This document shows positions 41,307 through 50,571 of a stretch of 64,000 nucleotides of DNA, one piece after another. Position numbers and translations under genes: made by a program. The notes below the pieces were generated by a model. It had not been told where the DNA came from and ran no database searches. It saw only the letters and a list, made by a program, of their open reading frames with translations. The DNA comes from Roseomonas sp. GTDB lineage: Bacteria; Pseudomonadota; Alphaproteobacteria; Acetobacterales; Acetobacteraceae. Position 1 is the stretch's first letter, and each line of letters opens with the position of its first letter. The stretch is from assembly GCA_031180725.1 (NCBI GenBank), contig JAPSLO010000008.1, positions 127,471-191,470 of the forward strand, in the 5' to 3' direction.

Positions 41307-41417
41307 GCCCTAACAAAATCCCCCTACACGACTGCTGCGGGACGGCAGCAGTCCTGTCCCAGGGACGTGCCGCGTCAGCGCTCAGCTGAGGTCTACCGAC
41401 GTCGGTTATCATGGACT

Positions 41418-41503
41418 TGGTGCGGTCGAGAAGATTCGAACTTCCACGGGGTTGCCCCCACCAGCACCTCAAGCTGGCGCGTCTACCATTCCGCCACGAC
41501 CGC
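41418..41503 (-). tRNA. tRNA-Leu(GAG)
   Basis: GCGGTCGTGGCGGAATGGTAGACGCGCCAGCTTGAGGTGCTGG...TTCGAATCTTCTCGACCGCACCA folds as a cloverleaf with a long variable arm, anticodon GAG and encoded CCA. Confidence 0.98.
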
Positions 41504-41522
41504 AGATCCAGTAGAGGGCGCG

Positions 41523-41551
41523 CCTATAACCCATGACCGACGCCCCGACAA
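41523..41551 (-). promoter_or_regulatory. sigma70 promoter of tRNA-Leu
   Basis: TTGTCG-N17-TATAGG followed by a GC-rich discriminator-like CGCGCCC. Confidence 0.65.
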
Positions 41552-42225
41552 CTCTGCCCCCGGCGCTTTCCGCCACTCCCTCCCCCGGCCCGCGATGGAT
41601 CGCGGCACCCGGATTGACCCCCTATGAGGAGGCGATCGCCGCAATGGAGGCGCGGGTGGCGGGCATCCGCGCGGGGACGGCGGAGGAGGCGGTCTGGCTG
41701 GTGGAGCACCCGCCGACCTACACCGCCGGGACCTCCGCCCGGCCGGAGGACCTGCTGGAGAAGCGCTTTCCCGCCGTCGCCGCGGGACGTGGCGGGCAAT
41801 GGACCTATCACGGGCCGGGCCAGCGGACGGCCTATGTGATGCTGGACCTGACCCGGCCGCACGGCACAGTGCGGGCGCGGGATGTGCGCGCCTATGTCCA
41901 TGGGCTGGAGGAGTGGCTGATCCGCGCGCTGGACCGCTTCAACATCAAGGGCGAGCGGCGCGAGGGCCGGGTGGGCATCTGGGTGGCCGACCGCGCCCGG
42001 GGCACGGAGGACAAGATCGGCGCCATCGGCGTGCGCGTGACCCGCTGGGTGAGCTGGCACGGGGTGGCGCTGAACGTGGACCCCGACCTGAGCCATTTCG
42101 GCGGCATCGTGCCCTGCGGCATCGCCCAGCATGGGGTGACCAGCCTTCAAAGGCTGGGCGTGCTGGCGACGATGGAGGAAGCCGACAGCGCGCTGATGGC
42201 CGCCTGGGCAGAGGTATTCGGCTGA
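41533..42225 (+). CDS. lipB: lipoyl(octanoyl) transferase
   Basis: [29 protein letters not shown] and HGVALN...IVPCGI motifs. Confidence 0.96.
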   Translation: MTDAPTTLPPALSATPSPGPRWIAAPGLTPYEEAIAAMEARVAGIRAGTAEEAVWLVEHPPTYTAGTSARPEDLLEKRFPAVAAGRGGQWTYHGPGQRTAYVMLDLTRPHGTVRARDVRAYVHGLEEWLIRALDRFNIKGERREGRVGIWVADRARGTEDKIGAIGVRVTRWVSWHGVALNVDPDLSHFGGIVPCGIAQHGVTSLQRLGVLATMEEADSALMAAWAEVFG

Positions 42226-43015
42226 CAACCGCCGGCTGACGGGGTGGCGGATTCGGACAGATCCGTCCGCCTTCCCTGGGACAGGGGGGTGACAACTGCC
42301 GGCTGTGACCGCCCGACGAACTCGGACAAATTCGACCAGCCACCGGAAGGAAGGCAGTTGGCTGAGAAACCGCTTCCGAACGCAGGAGAGACGGAAGCTA
42401 CTCCGGCAACGTCTCGCCTGACCCGCCTGCGTGGGAGGGAAAGTCCCTCAGCTTGGTGAGCCCATCCTTGATTGGCAGTACCGCCTCCGCGTAGTGCAAG
42501 TGGACAGTGGGTTCGAAGGCGACGCCGGGAAGCACGGGAGGGCGCACATCGGTGAGGCCCATGGCGGGGTGGGCGGTCATGACGTGGCCGCCGCACCTCA
42601 TGCAGTGCTGTCGATCGCTCATCCCGGTTTTGTTGAACCGGCCGAGGGACTCTGCGCCCTTGGTGACCCTCACATCCTCAGTCCTCCATAGGAAAAAGGC
42701 GCTGAGCGGAGCCCCCGAGTAGTGGCGGCAGGATGCGCAGTGGCAGTAGCCAATCTCAAGAGGCGTACCTGTGGCCTCGATCTCAACCGCCCCGCAGAAA
42801 CAGGTGCCCCGATGCTTTTCCGTCATGCTGTCCTCCTCTTGCGTGTGGCCCTTGGATGGGCTGGCGTTGCGCGCCGCCTCATCATAGGCGGCAGCGGAGG
42901 AAATCGGTCACCGGACAGACATGAAAGCATCCCGCCACTCACCTTGGCAGCGGTCCGTCCGACACCGCTACGGAGTGGGAGGCGGTGACGAATTTGGACA
43001 AATCGGCACCGGAAG
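42223..43015 (+). repeat. degenerate direct repeats flanking the GFA gene
   Basis: TGACAACYGCCGGCTG at 42223 and 42290. GGCGGATTCGGACAGATCCGTCC (42246), GACGAACTCGGACAAATTCGACC (42315) and GACGAATTTGGACAAATCGGCACCGGAAG (42987) are related to each other. Confidence 0.5.
42398..42826 (-). CDS. GFA/CENP-V family protein
   Basis: GTCFCGAV, CHCASCR and HCMRCG zinc motifs, with a GAGGAGG RBS. Confidence 0.92.
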   Translation of the reverse strand: MTEKHRGTCFCGAVEIEATGTPLEIGYCHCASCRHYSGAPLSAFFLWRTEDVRVTKGAESLGRFNKTGMSDRQHCMRCGGHVMTAHPAMGLTDVRPPVLPGVAFEPTVHLHYAEAVLPIKDGLTKLRDFPSHAGGSGETLPE

Positions 43016-43229
43016 ACTGCCTACGCGGATGCGGCTATGAAAGAGCGCGCGGAAGGCAGGCCGGGGAGCACCTTCTTCCGACTTATTTCCTATCATATGC
43101 GGACGGAGCTGGGCCAGAGGCCATGTCCCTGGCCGTGCATCTATAACCGCACCACGCCCCGCGCCGCGCCTAGTGGCAAACCACCCCTCAGCCGGCTGCC
43201 ACCACGGTCAAGCTCCACGGCTAGGGCAG

Positions 43230-43619
43230 CTAGGGCGCCGAATGGCAGACGGCTTCCAGGTTGTAGCCGTCGGGATCGAGGATGAACGCGGCATAGTAGT
43301 TTGGATGGTAGCGAAGGCGCAGGCCAGGACGGCCGTTGTCCACCCCGCCCGCCTTCAATGCCGCCTCGAAGAAGGCGTCCACGGCCTCTCTGGTGGAGGC
43401 GCTGAAAGCGAAGTGCGCGAGTGGGGGCCGAGGAGTGCCCTGGGTGATCCAGAAGTCCCCACCAGGATCAAGTGACCTTCCCTCGCCGCCCGCCACGCCG
43501 AAGCCGACCGAGGCGGCACCGTCCTTCATGACGGCATAGCCCAGCGGTGCCAAGGCTGTCGCATAGAAGTCTCGACTGCGGGCGAGGTCCGAGACGGTGA
43601 TGCCGATGTGGTCCAGCAA
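43230..43619 (-). CDS. VOC/glyoxalase family protein
   Basis: LDHIGITVSDL, HFAF, DNGRPGLR and YYAAFILDPDGYNLEAV. TTG start at 43619 with a GGAG RBS. Confidence 0.92.
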   Translation of the reverse strand: MLDHIGITVSDLARSRDFYATALAPLGYAVMKDGAASVGFGVAGGEGRSLDPGGDFWITQGTPRPPLAHFAFSASTREAVDAFFEAALKAGGVDNGRPGLRLRYHPNYYAAFILDPDGYNLEAVCHSAP

Positions 43620-43717
43620 GCGTCGTTCTCCGTCGGGTTCCCTCCAGCCTGGGGCCCCGATGGAGGCTCTGCAAAGGGCGGAAGCCGGCCTCGGCTCCAC
43701 GTCCCCGCGCGCCCAGA

Positions 43718-44902
43718 TCATGCCGCCATGCTGTCCTTCGCGTCTTCGGCAATGAGACTGCCCCGGTAGAGAGCCGCAATCAGGTCGGATTGGGTGATGA
43801 TCCCGGACAGCCGCCGGTGGCTGTCCACGACCGGGACATGCCGCCGCCCCGCATCCGCCATCAACGGCACCAGTTCCGCAACGGGCATGGTCTCGTCCAC
43901 CGGGCGGACCGCGCGCTGCATGATCTGGCCGACCACTTCGGGCCTTTCCGCATGCATCGTCGTGACCCGGCGGATCGCGTGCCGGAACCGCGCCCCGAGC
44001 GTGTCATAGGCGTCGAGATCGGCGCTTCTCATGAAGTCCACGTCCGACACCATCCCGATCACGCGCCCAGCGGGATCCACGACGGGCATCGCCCGGATGT
44101 CGTGCCGGCGGAGGAGGAGCCAGGCCGCCGCGAGCGGCGTGCCGTATTGCACCTCGATCACGTCGCGCGACATGATCTCCGCACAGGTGATCTCCCCGAA
44201 GCGGCGCTGATAGGCGTGCATCTCCGCCTGCCGCAACAGGCTGTCGAGGTCATCGCGGCTGACGTCGAGCACCTCGCCGTGCCGCCGCAGAACCGCATCG
44301 AGATCCTCGGCTTGTACACCGAGCCGCCGTGTCGGATTGCGGTCCGCGGTGTGATGCGGATTGCCTTGGATCGCCTGCTGGCGATGCGGGTAGGAGCGGC
44401 GCGTCGCGTTGTTGAAGGCGATCGCTGCCAGCATGAGCAAGACCGAATTCAGCGCCACCGGCGCAAGAATGAAGTGATACCCGGCCGCTGTGACCGCCGG
44501 CCCGCCGAGAACCGCTGTCAGCGCGATCGCCCCGCCGGGCGGGTGAAGGCAGCGCAGGGCGAACATCGCGCCGATCGCAAGGGCCCCGGCAAGGGGGGCG
44601 GCCAGCATCGGGTCCGGGATCCACTGCGCGCAGGTCACGCCGATCAGGGCGGAGACGATGTTGCCGCCGAGGATCGACCAAGGCTGCGCCAGCGGGCTGG
44701 CCGGCACGGCAAAGAGCAGAACTGCGGAGGCGCCCAGCGGCGCGATCAGCATCGGGTGCGCCACCTCCGCGCCGGCCAGCCGGCTGCAGATCAGCCCGGT
44801 GAGCAGGAGGCCGACCAGGGCACCGCAACAGCCGCGCAGCCGCTCGACTGGACTGGCGTTCATCGGCGCCGGCAGGAAGGCCCGCAACCAGTCGCGGATC
44901 AT
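43718..44902 (-). CDS. HPP family membrane protein with C-terminal CBS pair
   Basis: APLGASAVLLF, SPLAQPW, CLHPPGGA and two CBS domains. Confidence 0.93.
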   Translation of the reverse strand: MIRDWLRAFLPAPMNASPVERLRGCCGALVGLLLTGLICSRLAGAEVAHPMLIAPLGASAVLLFAVPASPLAQPWSILGGNIVSALIGVTCAQWIPDPMLAAPLAGALAIGAMFALRCLHPPGGAIALTAVLGGPAVTAAGYHFILAPVALNSVLLMLAAIAFNNATRRSYPHRQQAIQGNPHHTADRNPTRRLGVQAEDLDAVLRRHGEVLDVSRDDLDSLLRQAEMHAYQRRFGEITCAEIMSRDVIEVQYGTPLAAAWLLLRRHDIRAMPVVDPAGRVIGMVSDVDFMRSADLDAYDTLGARFRHAIRRVTTMHAERPEVVGQIMQRAVRPVDETMPVAELVPLMADAGRRHVPVVDSHRRLSGIITQSDLIAALYRGSLIAEDAKDSMAA

Positions 44903-45393
44903 GCGGCCGCAGCCTCGCCCGCGCCCACTCCCCCGCGCTTCCGCCCGGGAAGGCCCGATCCGGGCCGACCCGCGATCATCCCTCGCTCCGGCCAGTTCAG
45001 CGGATCCATGCGCATCCAGCCGTTCAGCACGGCAGCGAGCGTCCGGCTTGATGGCGACTGACGCCGGCGAGTCTTCATCAGCGCGCAGCCCGCACCTTCC
45101 TCGGCTGCGTAGAAGCAGGTGACCAGGGCGATGCCCTCCTCAGTGAGGCACACCGCCTCGGTAGTTCCCGATTCCTAACGGTCTTCTGCCAGCCGAGCAG
45201 GCGCTGATGGCCTAAAAATTGTGCATATCTGCATCCCGTCGCATGCATCCAGGCCTGTGCTCGCGTGGCACGCGACCGCACCCTTTCCTCCCCCCGCGAG
45301 CGGGCGGAGGGAGAAAGGGCGGGAAGGGCATTCGGCGCCGCCTCCCCGCCGCCGAAGAGGGCAGAGGACATCGAGCACGGGACCGAGCCCGGC

Positions 45394-46548
45394 CTAGAAG
45401 ATGCCCTCCACGCTCATGCCCAGGGCCATCGCCCCGGCATAGCGGGCCTGCGGGCCGGACTGCAGCGGGTGGTAGCGCGCGCCCTGGACGTCGCGGAACA
45501 GGCGCTCCAGCCCCGCCCCGCGGCAGAAGGCCGCGCCGCCGCCAAGCTCCATCGCCAGTTCCACCGCGCGGATGGCATTCTCCGCCACCAGCGTGCGGCC
45601 CATCATTACCTCGTTGACGCTCTCGGCCGAAGGCGCATTGCGCTCGGCAGCGCGCAGCATCGCGTCATGCGCCAGTCGCGCGGCGCAGAGCGCCGTCTCC
45701 ATCCGTCCGGCGAGGTGCAACGTGTCCTCGCGCTCACCGCGCGGGCGCGCCAGGTTCAGCGCGATGTCGCGCGCCTGCTCCGCCACGCCCAGATAGGCGG
45801 CGTAGATCAGTGGAAAGGCAATGGTCGCGATGATCTGGAACAGCGGATGCCAGACCCCTGCCCTGCGCTTCAGCGCCACCGCGGCGTCGGGAATGAACAG
45901 CCCCTCGATCAGCACGTCATGCGAACCGGTGGCGCGCATGCCGAGCGCGCGCCAGTTGTCCAGCACGCGCACCTCCGGCACGCGCAGCGGGGCCGCGAAA
46001 TGGATGACGAAGTCGCCCTCCGGCTCCTTCACCACCGCGCCGGTCATCATCAGGTCGCCCGCCGGCGCGCCGGAGGAGAAGATCTTGCGCGCGGTGATGC
46101 GGTAGCCACCTTCCACGCGCACCGCCTCGCCCGAGCCGCCGATCCAGTCGGACCCGCCGCTGGAGAGCACGATGATGCGCTCCGCCGCGACACGCTTCAG
46201 CAGCGGCTCCACTGCCGCCAGCTTCTGGTGGCGCCAGCGCCAGGCCGGCACCGCGACCTGGTGCGTGTGCATCGAGAAGGCCAGCGCGGTGGCGCCGCAG
46301 CCCCGTGCCAGGATGCGGATCATTCCGGCGAGTTCCCGGATCTCCGCCCCGGCGCCGCCCAGCTCCGCCGGTACGCCCGCCTCCACCAGGCCGGCCGATT
46401 TCAGCAGAGCGTAATTCTCCGCCACGAAACGATCTTCCGCATCATGCACGGAGGCACGCTCGGCCAGGATGGGTGCCAGACGGGCAGCGCGTTCGGTGAC
46501 GGGTAGTTGGTCGAGCCCGGTGAGGTCGGGCAGGTGCGGCATGTCCAT
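45394..46548 (-). CDS. acyl-CoA dehydrogenase-fold flavoprotein
   Basis: VPAELGG, KIFSSG, GMRATGSHD and LERLFRD motifs. Confidence 0.88.
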   Translation of the reverse strand: MDMPHLPDLTGLDQLPVTERAARLAPILAERASVHDAEDRFVAENYALLKSAGLVEAGVPAELGGAGAEIRELAGMIRILARGCGATALAFSMHTHQVAVPAWRWRHQKLAAVEPLLKRVAAERIIVLSSGGSDWIGGSGEAVRVEGGYRITARKIFSSGAPAGDLMMTGAVVKEPEGDFVIHFAAPLRVPEVRVLDNWRALGMRATGSHDVLIEGLFIPDAAVALKRRAGVWHPLFQIIATIAFPLIYAAYLGVAEQARDIALNLARPRGEREDTLHLAGRMETALCAARLAHDAMLRAAERNAPSAESVNEVMMGRTLVAENAIRAVELAMELGGGAAFCRGAGLERLFRDVQGARYHPLQSGPQARYAGAMALGMSVEGIF

Positions 46549-46748
46549 GACGGTTTCTCCCTTCGCATGTGACCGGGAGAGATCACGCCATGCGGGGGTG
46601 CCGGGACTAGTTCAGGAAATGAAGTGCCCCCCCAGCCCTGGAAGGCACTAGACTGCAACGCCCCGCGGCGCCCGGGGCGAGAGATGGAAGAGCGCGAGGG
46701 TCAAAGGCAGTTCTGAACGACACATAAGCCCAGCATCGGGAGGCCGGG

Positions 46749-47441
46749 ATGGAAGACCGCGGAAGCTACGGGCAGTTCTGCCCGGTCGCCATGGCATCCG
46801 AGATCCTGTGCTCGCGCTGGACCGTGCTGGTGCTGCGCGAGATGCTGTGCGGATCCACGCGCTTCAACGACCTCCGCCGCGGCGTGCCCCGCATGTCGCC
46901 CGCCCTGCTGTCCAAGCGGCTGAAGGAGCTGGAGCGCGCCGGCGTGGTGGCGGCGCGGCCCAACGAGAGGGGCGTGGTGGAATACCACCTGACGCCGGCC
47001 GGAGAGGACCTGCGGCCGATCGTGCTGGGCATCGGCTTCTGGGGCCAGCGCTGGGTGGAAAGCCAGCTTTCCCTGAAGAACCTCGATCCGTCGCTGCTGA
47101 TGTGGGACATCCGGCGGAACGTGAACCCGAAGCCCTTCCCGCCCGGGCGGCGCACGATTCAGTTCCAATACCCCGAATTGCCGGAAAACCGCCGCAACTG
47201 GTGGCTGGTGGTGGAGAATGGTACGGTGGACCTCTGCGGCTTCGACCCGGGCTTCGAGGTGAACCTGACCATAACCGGATCGCTGCGCAGCATGACGGCG
47301 GTATGGATGGGGCTGGCGACGCTGGCGCAGGAAGTGGCCGCCGGCCGGCTGGAAGTGCTGGGCGAAGTGGCGTTGCAGCGCAGCGCCAATGAGTGGCTGG
47401 GGCTGAGTGTCTTCGCGCGGGAAACGCGGCGGGTGGCATGA
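46749..47441 (+). CDS. HxlR-family winged-helix regulator with C-terminal SCP2-like domain
   Basis: SYGQFCPVAMASEILCSRWTVL, RFNDLRRG, LSKRLKEL and YHLTPAG, plus C-terminal WWLVV...DPGFEV. Confidence 0.88.
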   Translation: MEDRGSYGQFCPVAMASEILCSRWTVLVLREMLCGSTRFNDLRRGVPRMSPALLSKRLKELERAGVVAARPNERGVVEYHLTPAGEDLRPIVLGIGFWGQRWVESQLSLKNLDPSLLMWDIRRNVNPKPFPPGRRTIQFQYPELPENRRNWWLVVENGTVDLCGFDPGFEVNLTITGSLRSMTAVWMGLATLAQEVAAGRLEVLGEVALQRSANEWLGLSVFARETRRVA

Positions 47442-47506
47442 CATCGCGGGAGGCGCTGCCTCCCGCACCCTCCGCCGGGGGCGGAGGCCGCCCCCGGACC
47501 CCGCCT

Positions 47507-48250
47507 TCAGTTGGCGCGCGCAAGGTCCATGGCGTCGGGCCCGGCGGGATAATGGAGCTGGGGCCTCTCATCCGTCGCGGCGTGCCAGACAGCCTCGGCG
47601 ACATCAGCCTCCGTGGTGCGGGCCGCTGGGCGGGTGAAGGCGGCCAGGACCGACTGCGCGAAATCCGCATAGGCCACCGGGACCAGCCCCTCCAGCCGAG
47701 GTCCGGAATTCCGGGCGAAGGCGGTATCGGGGCAATAGCCCGGCTGCACCAGCTTCACGCGCAGGCCGAAAGCCCGCAGCTCATGCGCAAGCGAGGCGGT
47801 GAAACCCTCGATCGCCGTCTTGCTTGCCGTATAGGCCGCGACCAGCGGCATCGGCGCCAGCACCACGCTGGAGGTCACGTTGACCACGACGCCGGACCGG
47901 CGGGCCCGAAAGCCCGGCAGCACCGCCTGGGTCACCGCCATGGTGCCGAAGGTGTTGGTCTCGAACACGTCGCGCACCGTGGCCATCGGCGTGGCCTCGA
48001 AGGCGCCGAACAGGCCGATGCCGGAATTGTTCACCAGCACGTCGAGAGGGCCAGCCGCTTCCACGGCGGCCGCGATGCTCTCTGGCCTGGTGACGTCGAG
48101 CGGCAGCAGGCGGATGCGGTCGGATGCCGGCAGGATGTCCGGCCGCGGACTGCGCATGGTGGCAATGACGCGCCAGCCCTCGGCATGGAAGCGGCAAGCG
48201 GCGGCCAGGCCATAACCGCTGGAGCAGCCGGTGATCAGGACGGTCTTCAC
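47507..48250 (-). CDS. SDR family oxidoreductase
   Basis: LITGCSSGYG, LVNNSG and YTASK. GTG start at 48250. Confidence 0.92.
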   Translation of the reverse strand: MKTVLITGCSSGYGLAAACRFHAEGWRVIATMRSPRPDILPASDRIRLLPLDVTRPESIAAAVEAAGPLDVLVNNSGIGLFGAFEATPMATVRDVFETNTFGTMAVTQAVLPGFRARRSGVVVNVTSSVVLAPMPLVAAYTASKTAIEGFTASLAHELRAFGLRVKLVQPGYCPDTAFARNSGPRLEGLVPVAYADFAQSVLAAFTRPAARTTEADVAEAVWHAATDERPQLHYPAGPDAMDLARAN

Positions 48251-48348
48251 GGCGATGTCCCTTCTTGATGTCGCGGCCATGGACATAGCCGGAGGAAGCC
48301 GGACTATCTTCGACGCGAAGTCCTGATCTCGTTGGCGAAAGTCCGGAA

Positions 48349-49266
48349 GTGAGCGATCCCCTCTCCGAGGTCATCGCGCTGCTGCGGCCGCGCACCGTCT
48401 TCTCCAAGGGGATCAGGGGGGCCGGGCGGTGGGGCGTGCGCTATGCCGCCTTCGGCCAGCCGAGCTTCGGCGGGGTGATCGAAGGGAGCTGCCGCCTGGC
48501 CGTGGATGGCGAGGCGCCCGTCACGCTGCAGGCCGGCGATTTCGTGCTGCTGCCGGCGACGCCGGCCTTCACCATCTCCGGCTTCGCGCCGATGGTGCCG
48601 AAGCTGATTGACCCGAAGGTGACGCCGGCGCCGACGGAGGAGGTGCGCCATGGCCGGCCGGATGGCCCGGCGGATGTGCGCTTGCTGGGCGGCTTCTTCG
48701 TTTTCGATTCGCCCGATGCCGCGCTGCTGGTCTCCCTGCTGCCGGCGATGATCCATCTGCGCGGCATCGAGCGGCTGGCCGTGCTGGTGCGCCTGGTTGG
48801 CGAGGAGGCAAGCGATCAGGCGGCGGGCCGCGACCTGGTGCTGGCGCGTCTGGTGGAGGTGCTGCTGATCGCCGCGCTTCGTGCAACGCAGGCGGAAGGC
48901 GCGCCGCCCGGGCTGCTGCGTGGCCTGGCGGATGCGCGCGTGGCGGCGGCGATCCGCTGCCTGCACGCCGGGCCGGAGCGGCCCTGGACGGTGGCAGAAC
49001 TGGCCGAGGCGGCGGGGATGTCGCGTTCGGCCTTCTTCGACCGCTTCACCCGCCTGGTCGGGCAGCGGCCGATGGAATACCTGCTTGCCTGGCGTATGGC
49101 GCTGGCGAAGGACCTGCTGCGCCGGCGCGAAGTGGCGCTGGACGAGGTGGCCCGGCGGGTCGGCTATGGCTCGGCCAGCACCTTCAGCACCGCCTTCAGC
49201 CGCCATGTGGGCCAGCTACCGGGGCGGTATGCGCGCCAAGCGGCCGGCCCGCCCGGGGCGGCGTGA
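48349..49266 (+). CDS. AraC family transcriptional regulator (cupin N-terminus)
   Basis: MSDPLSEVIALL start, WTVAELAEAAGMSRS and VGYGSASTFSTAF. Divergent from the SDR gene. Confidence 0.93.
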   Translation: MSDPLSEVIALLRPRTVFSKGIRGAGRWGVRYAAFGQPSFGGVIEGSCRLAVDGEAPVTLQAGDFVLLPATPAFTISGFAPMVPKLIDPKVTPAPTEEVRHGRPDGPADVRLLGGFFVFDSPDAALLVSLLPAMIHLRGIERLAVLVRLVGEEASDQAAGRDLVLARLVEVLLIAALRATQAEGAPPGLLRGLADARVAAAIRCLHAGPERPWTVAELAEAAGMSRSAFFDRFTRLVGQRPMEYLLAWRMALAKDLLRRREVALDEVARRVGYGSASTFSTAFSRHVGQLPGRYARQAAGPPGAA

Positions 49267-49282
49267 TCGCCGGGGTGGCCGG

Positions 49283-50248
49283 TCACTCGATCCGGGCGCC
49301 GGAGATGCGCACCACATCCCTGCCGCGTGACAGATCCTGCGCCAGGAAGTCGCGAAAGGCCTCCGGCCCCTTGCCGATGATGGTCGTGCCATCGGCGGTG
49401 ACCCGGGTGCGGAAGGCGGGGTCGGCGATGGCCTCCTGCAAGGCGGCGTCCAGCCGCCGCACGATCGGTGCCGGCAGATTCGCGGGCCCGGCCAGCCCCA
49501 TCCAGGAAAAGTAGTCGAAGCCCGGGATGGTCTCGGAAAGCGCCGGCACATCCGGCAATTGCGCCGCGCGCTGGGCGGAGGTGACCGCCAACGCCCGCAA
49601 CTGCCCGGCCCGCACCAGGGGCAGCGCGACCTGAAGCTGCGGCATGCCGAAGGTCACGGTGCCGGCACGTAGAGCATTGACGATCTCCGGCGCGCCGCGG
49701 AAGGGGATGTGCTCCGCCGCCGTGCCGGTGCTGGCCAGGAACAGCGCCACGGTGAGATGCGCGGCGCTGCCGAAGCCACCCGAGGCATAGGGTGTGCGCG
49801 GATCGGCGCGCAGCCTTTCGATCAGGCCGGCGACGTCGCGGATGGGGCTGTCCGCGCGCACCGCGACCACATTGGTCATGCCGAAGGCCAGCGTTACCGG
49901 CGTGAAGTCGGCGATCGGGTCGTAGTCCACGCGTCCATAGAGCGGCGGGTTCACCACCATCGAGCCGGTGGCCCAGAGCAGCGTGTAGCCATCCGGCGGC
50001 GCCTGCCGCGCGACATAGGTGAGGCCGATATTCCCGCCGGCGCCCGGCCGGTTCTCCACCACCACGGGCTGGCCGAGCCGACTGCCCAAGGCCTCTGACA
50101 CCTGGCGGGCGTTGATGTCGGGAGAGCTGCCGGGGATGAAGGGCACGATCAGGCGGATCGGCCGCGCCGGCCAGGTTTCCTCCGCCGCAGCTGGAGCCAC
50201 GATCGAGCCAGCCGCGAGGGCGGCAAGCTTTCGGCGCGTGATAAGCAT
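49283..50248 (-). CDS. Bug/TctC substrate-binding protein
   Basis: Tat-like TRRK signal and WPARPIRLIVPF, VVENRPGAGG and EHIPFRG motifs. Confidence 0.93.
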   Translation of the reverse strand: MLITRRKLAALAAGSIVAPAAAEETWPARPIRLIVPFIPGSSPDINARQVSEALGSRLGQPVVVENRPGAGGNIGLTYVARQAPPDGYTLLWATGSMVVNPPLYGRVDYDPIADFTPVTLAFGMTNVVAVRADSPIRDVAGLIERLRADPRTPYASGGFGSAAHLTVALFLASTGTAAEHIPFRGAPEIVNALRAGTVTFGMPQLQVALPLVRAGQLRALAVTSAQRAAQLPDVPALSETIPGFDYFSWMGLAGPANLPAPIVRRLDAALQEAIADPAFRTRVTADGTTIIGKGPEAFRDFLAQDLSRGRDVVRISGARIE

Positions 50249-50330
50249 GGACGTTCTCCCTGCGGCCAGCCTCGCGCCCGGCGATGCCGCATGCAAGGGA
50301 GAAGTCCTGTGCCGCGACGAGGCGGTGCCG

Positions 50331-50513
50331 CTACGGCCCGTCCTCTTCGATCTCCCAGCCCTTCTTCAGATATTTCTCCAGCATCTCCTCGTGCCGGTCG
50401 TCGGGGTAGCTTTCGATCAGCTCCTCCTCGCCGTCCATCACTTCGGTGCCGGTGCTGGTGGTGACGATCACCAGCGTGTCCATCTCGCCCTTCATCAGGA
50501 CGGTCTCGCGCAT
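50331..50513 (-). CDS. small acidic hypothetical protein (60 aa)
   Basis: Strong GC3 codon bias, GAGAGGG RBS, and lies downstream of the helicase. Confidence 0.75.
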   Translation of the reverse strand: MRETVLMKGEMDTLVIVTTSTGTEVMDGEEELIESYPDDRHEEMLEKYLKKGWEIEEDGP

Positions 50514-50571
50514 GGGGCCCTCTCAGCCGATGCCGGGATGTGGGGTGCGGGGGTGGAGCCCCCGCATAGCC

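Noticed and set aside
42335-42364. CCGGAAGGAAGGCAG resembles the SRP RNA domain IV loop
   Set aside because: The conserved CAGG 5' strand and the long SRP stem are missing, and the context is part of a local degenerate repeat.
45095-45170. Fragment EAVCLTEEG, reminiscent of the C-terminus of small IS-associated proteins
   Set aside because: It is too short, is bounded by an upstream in-frame stop, and has no supporting upstream similarity that I can see.
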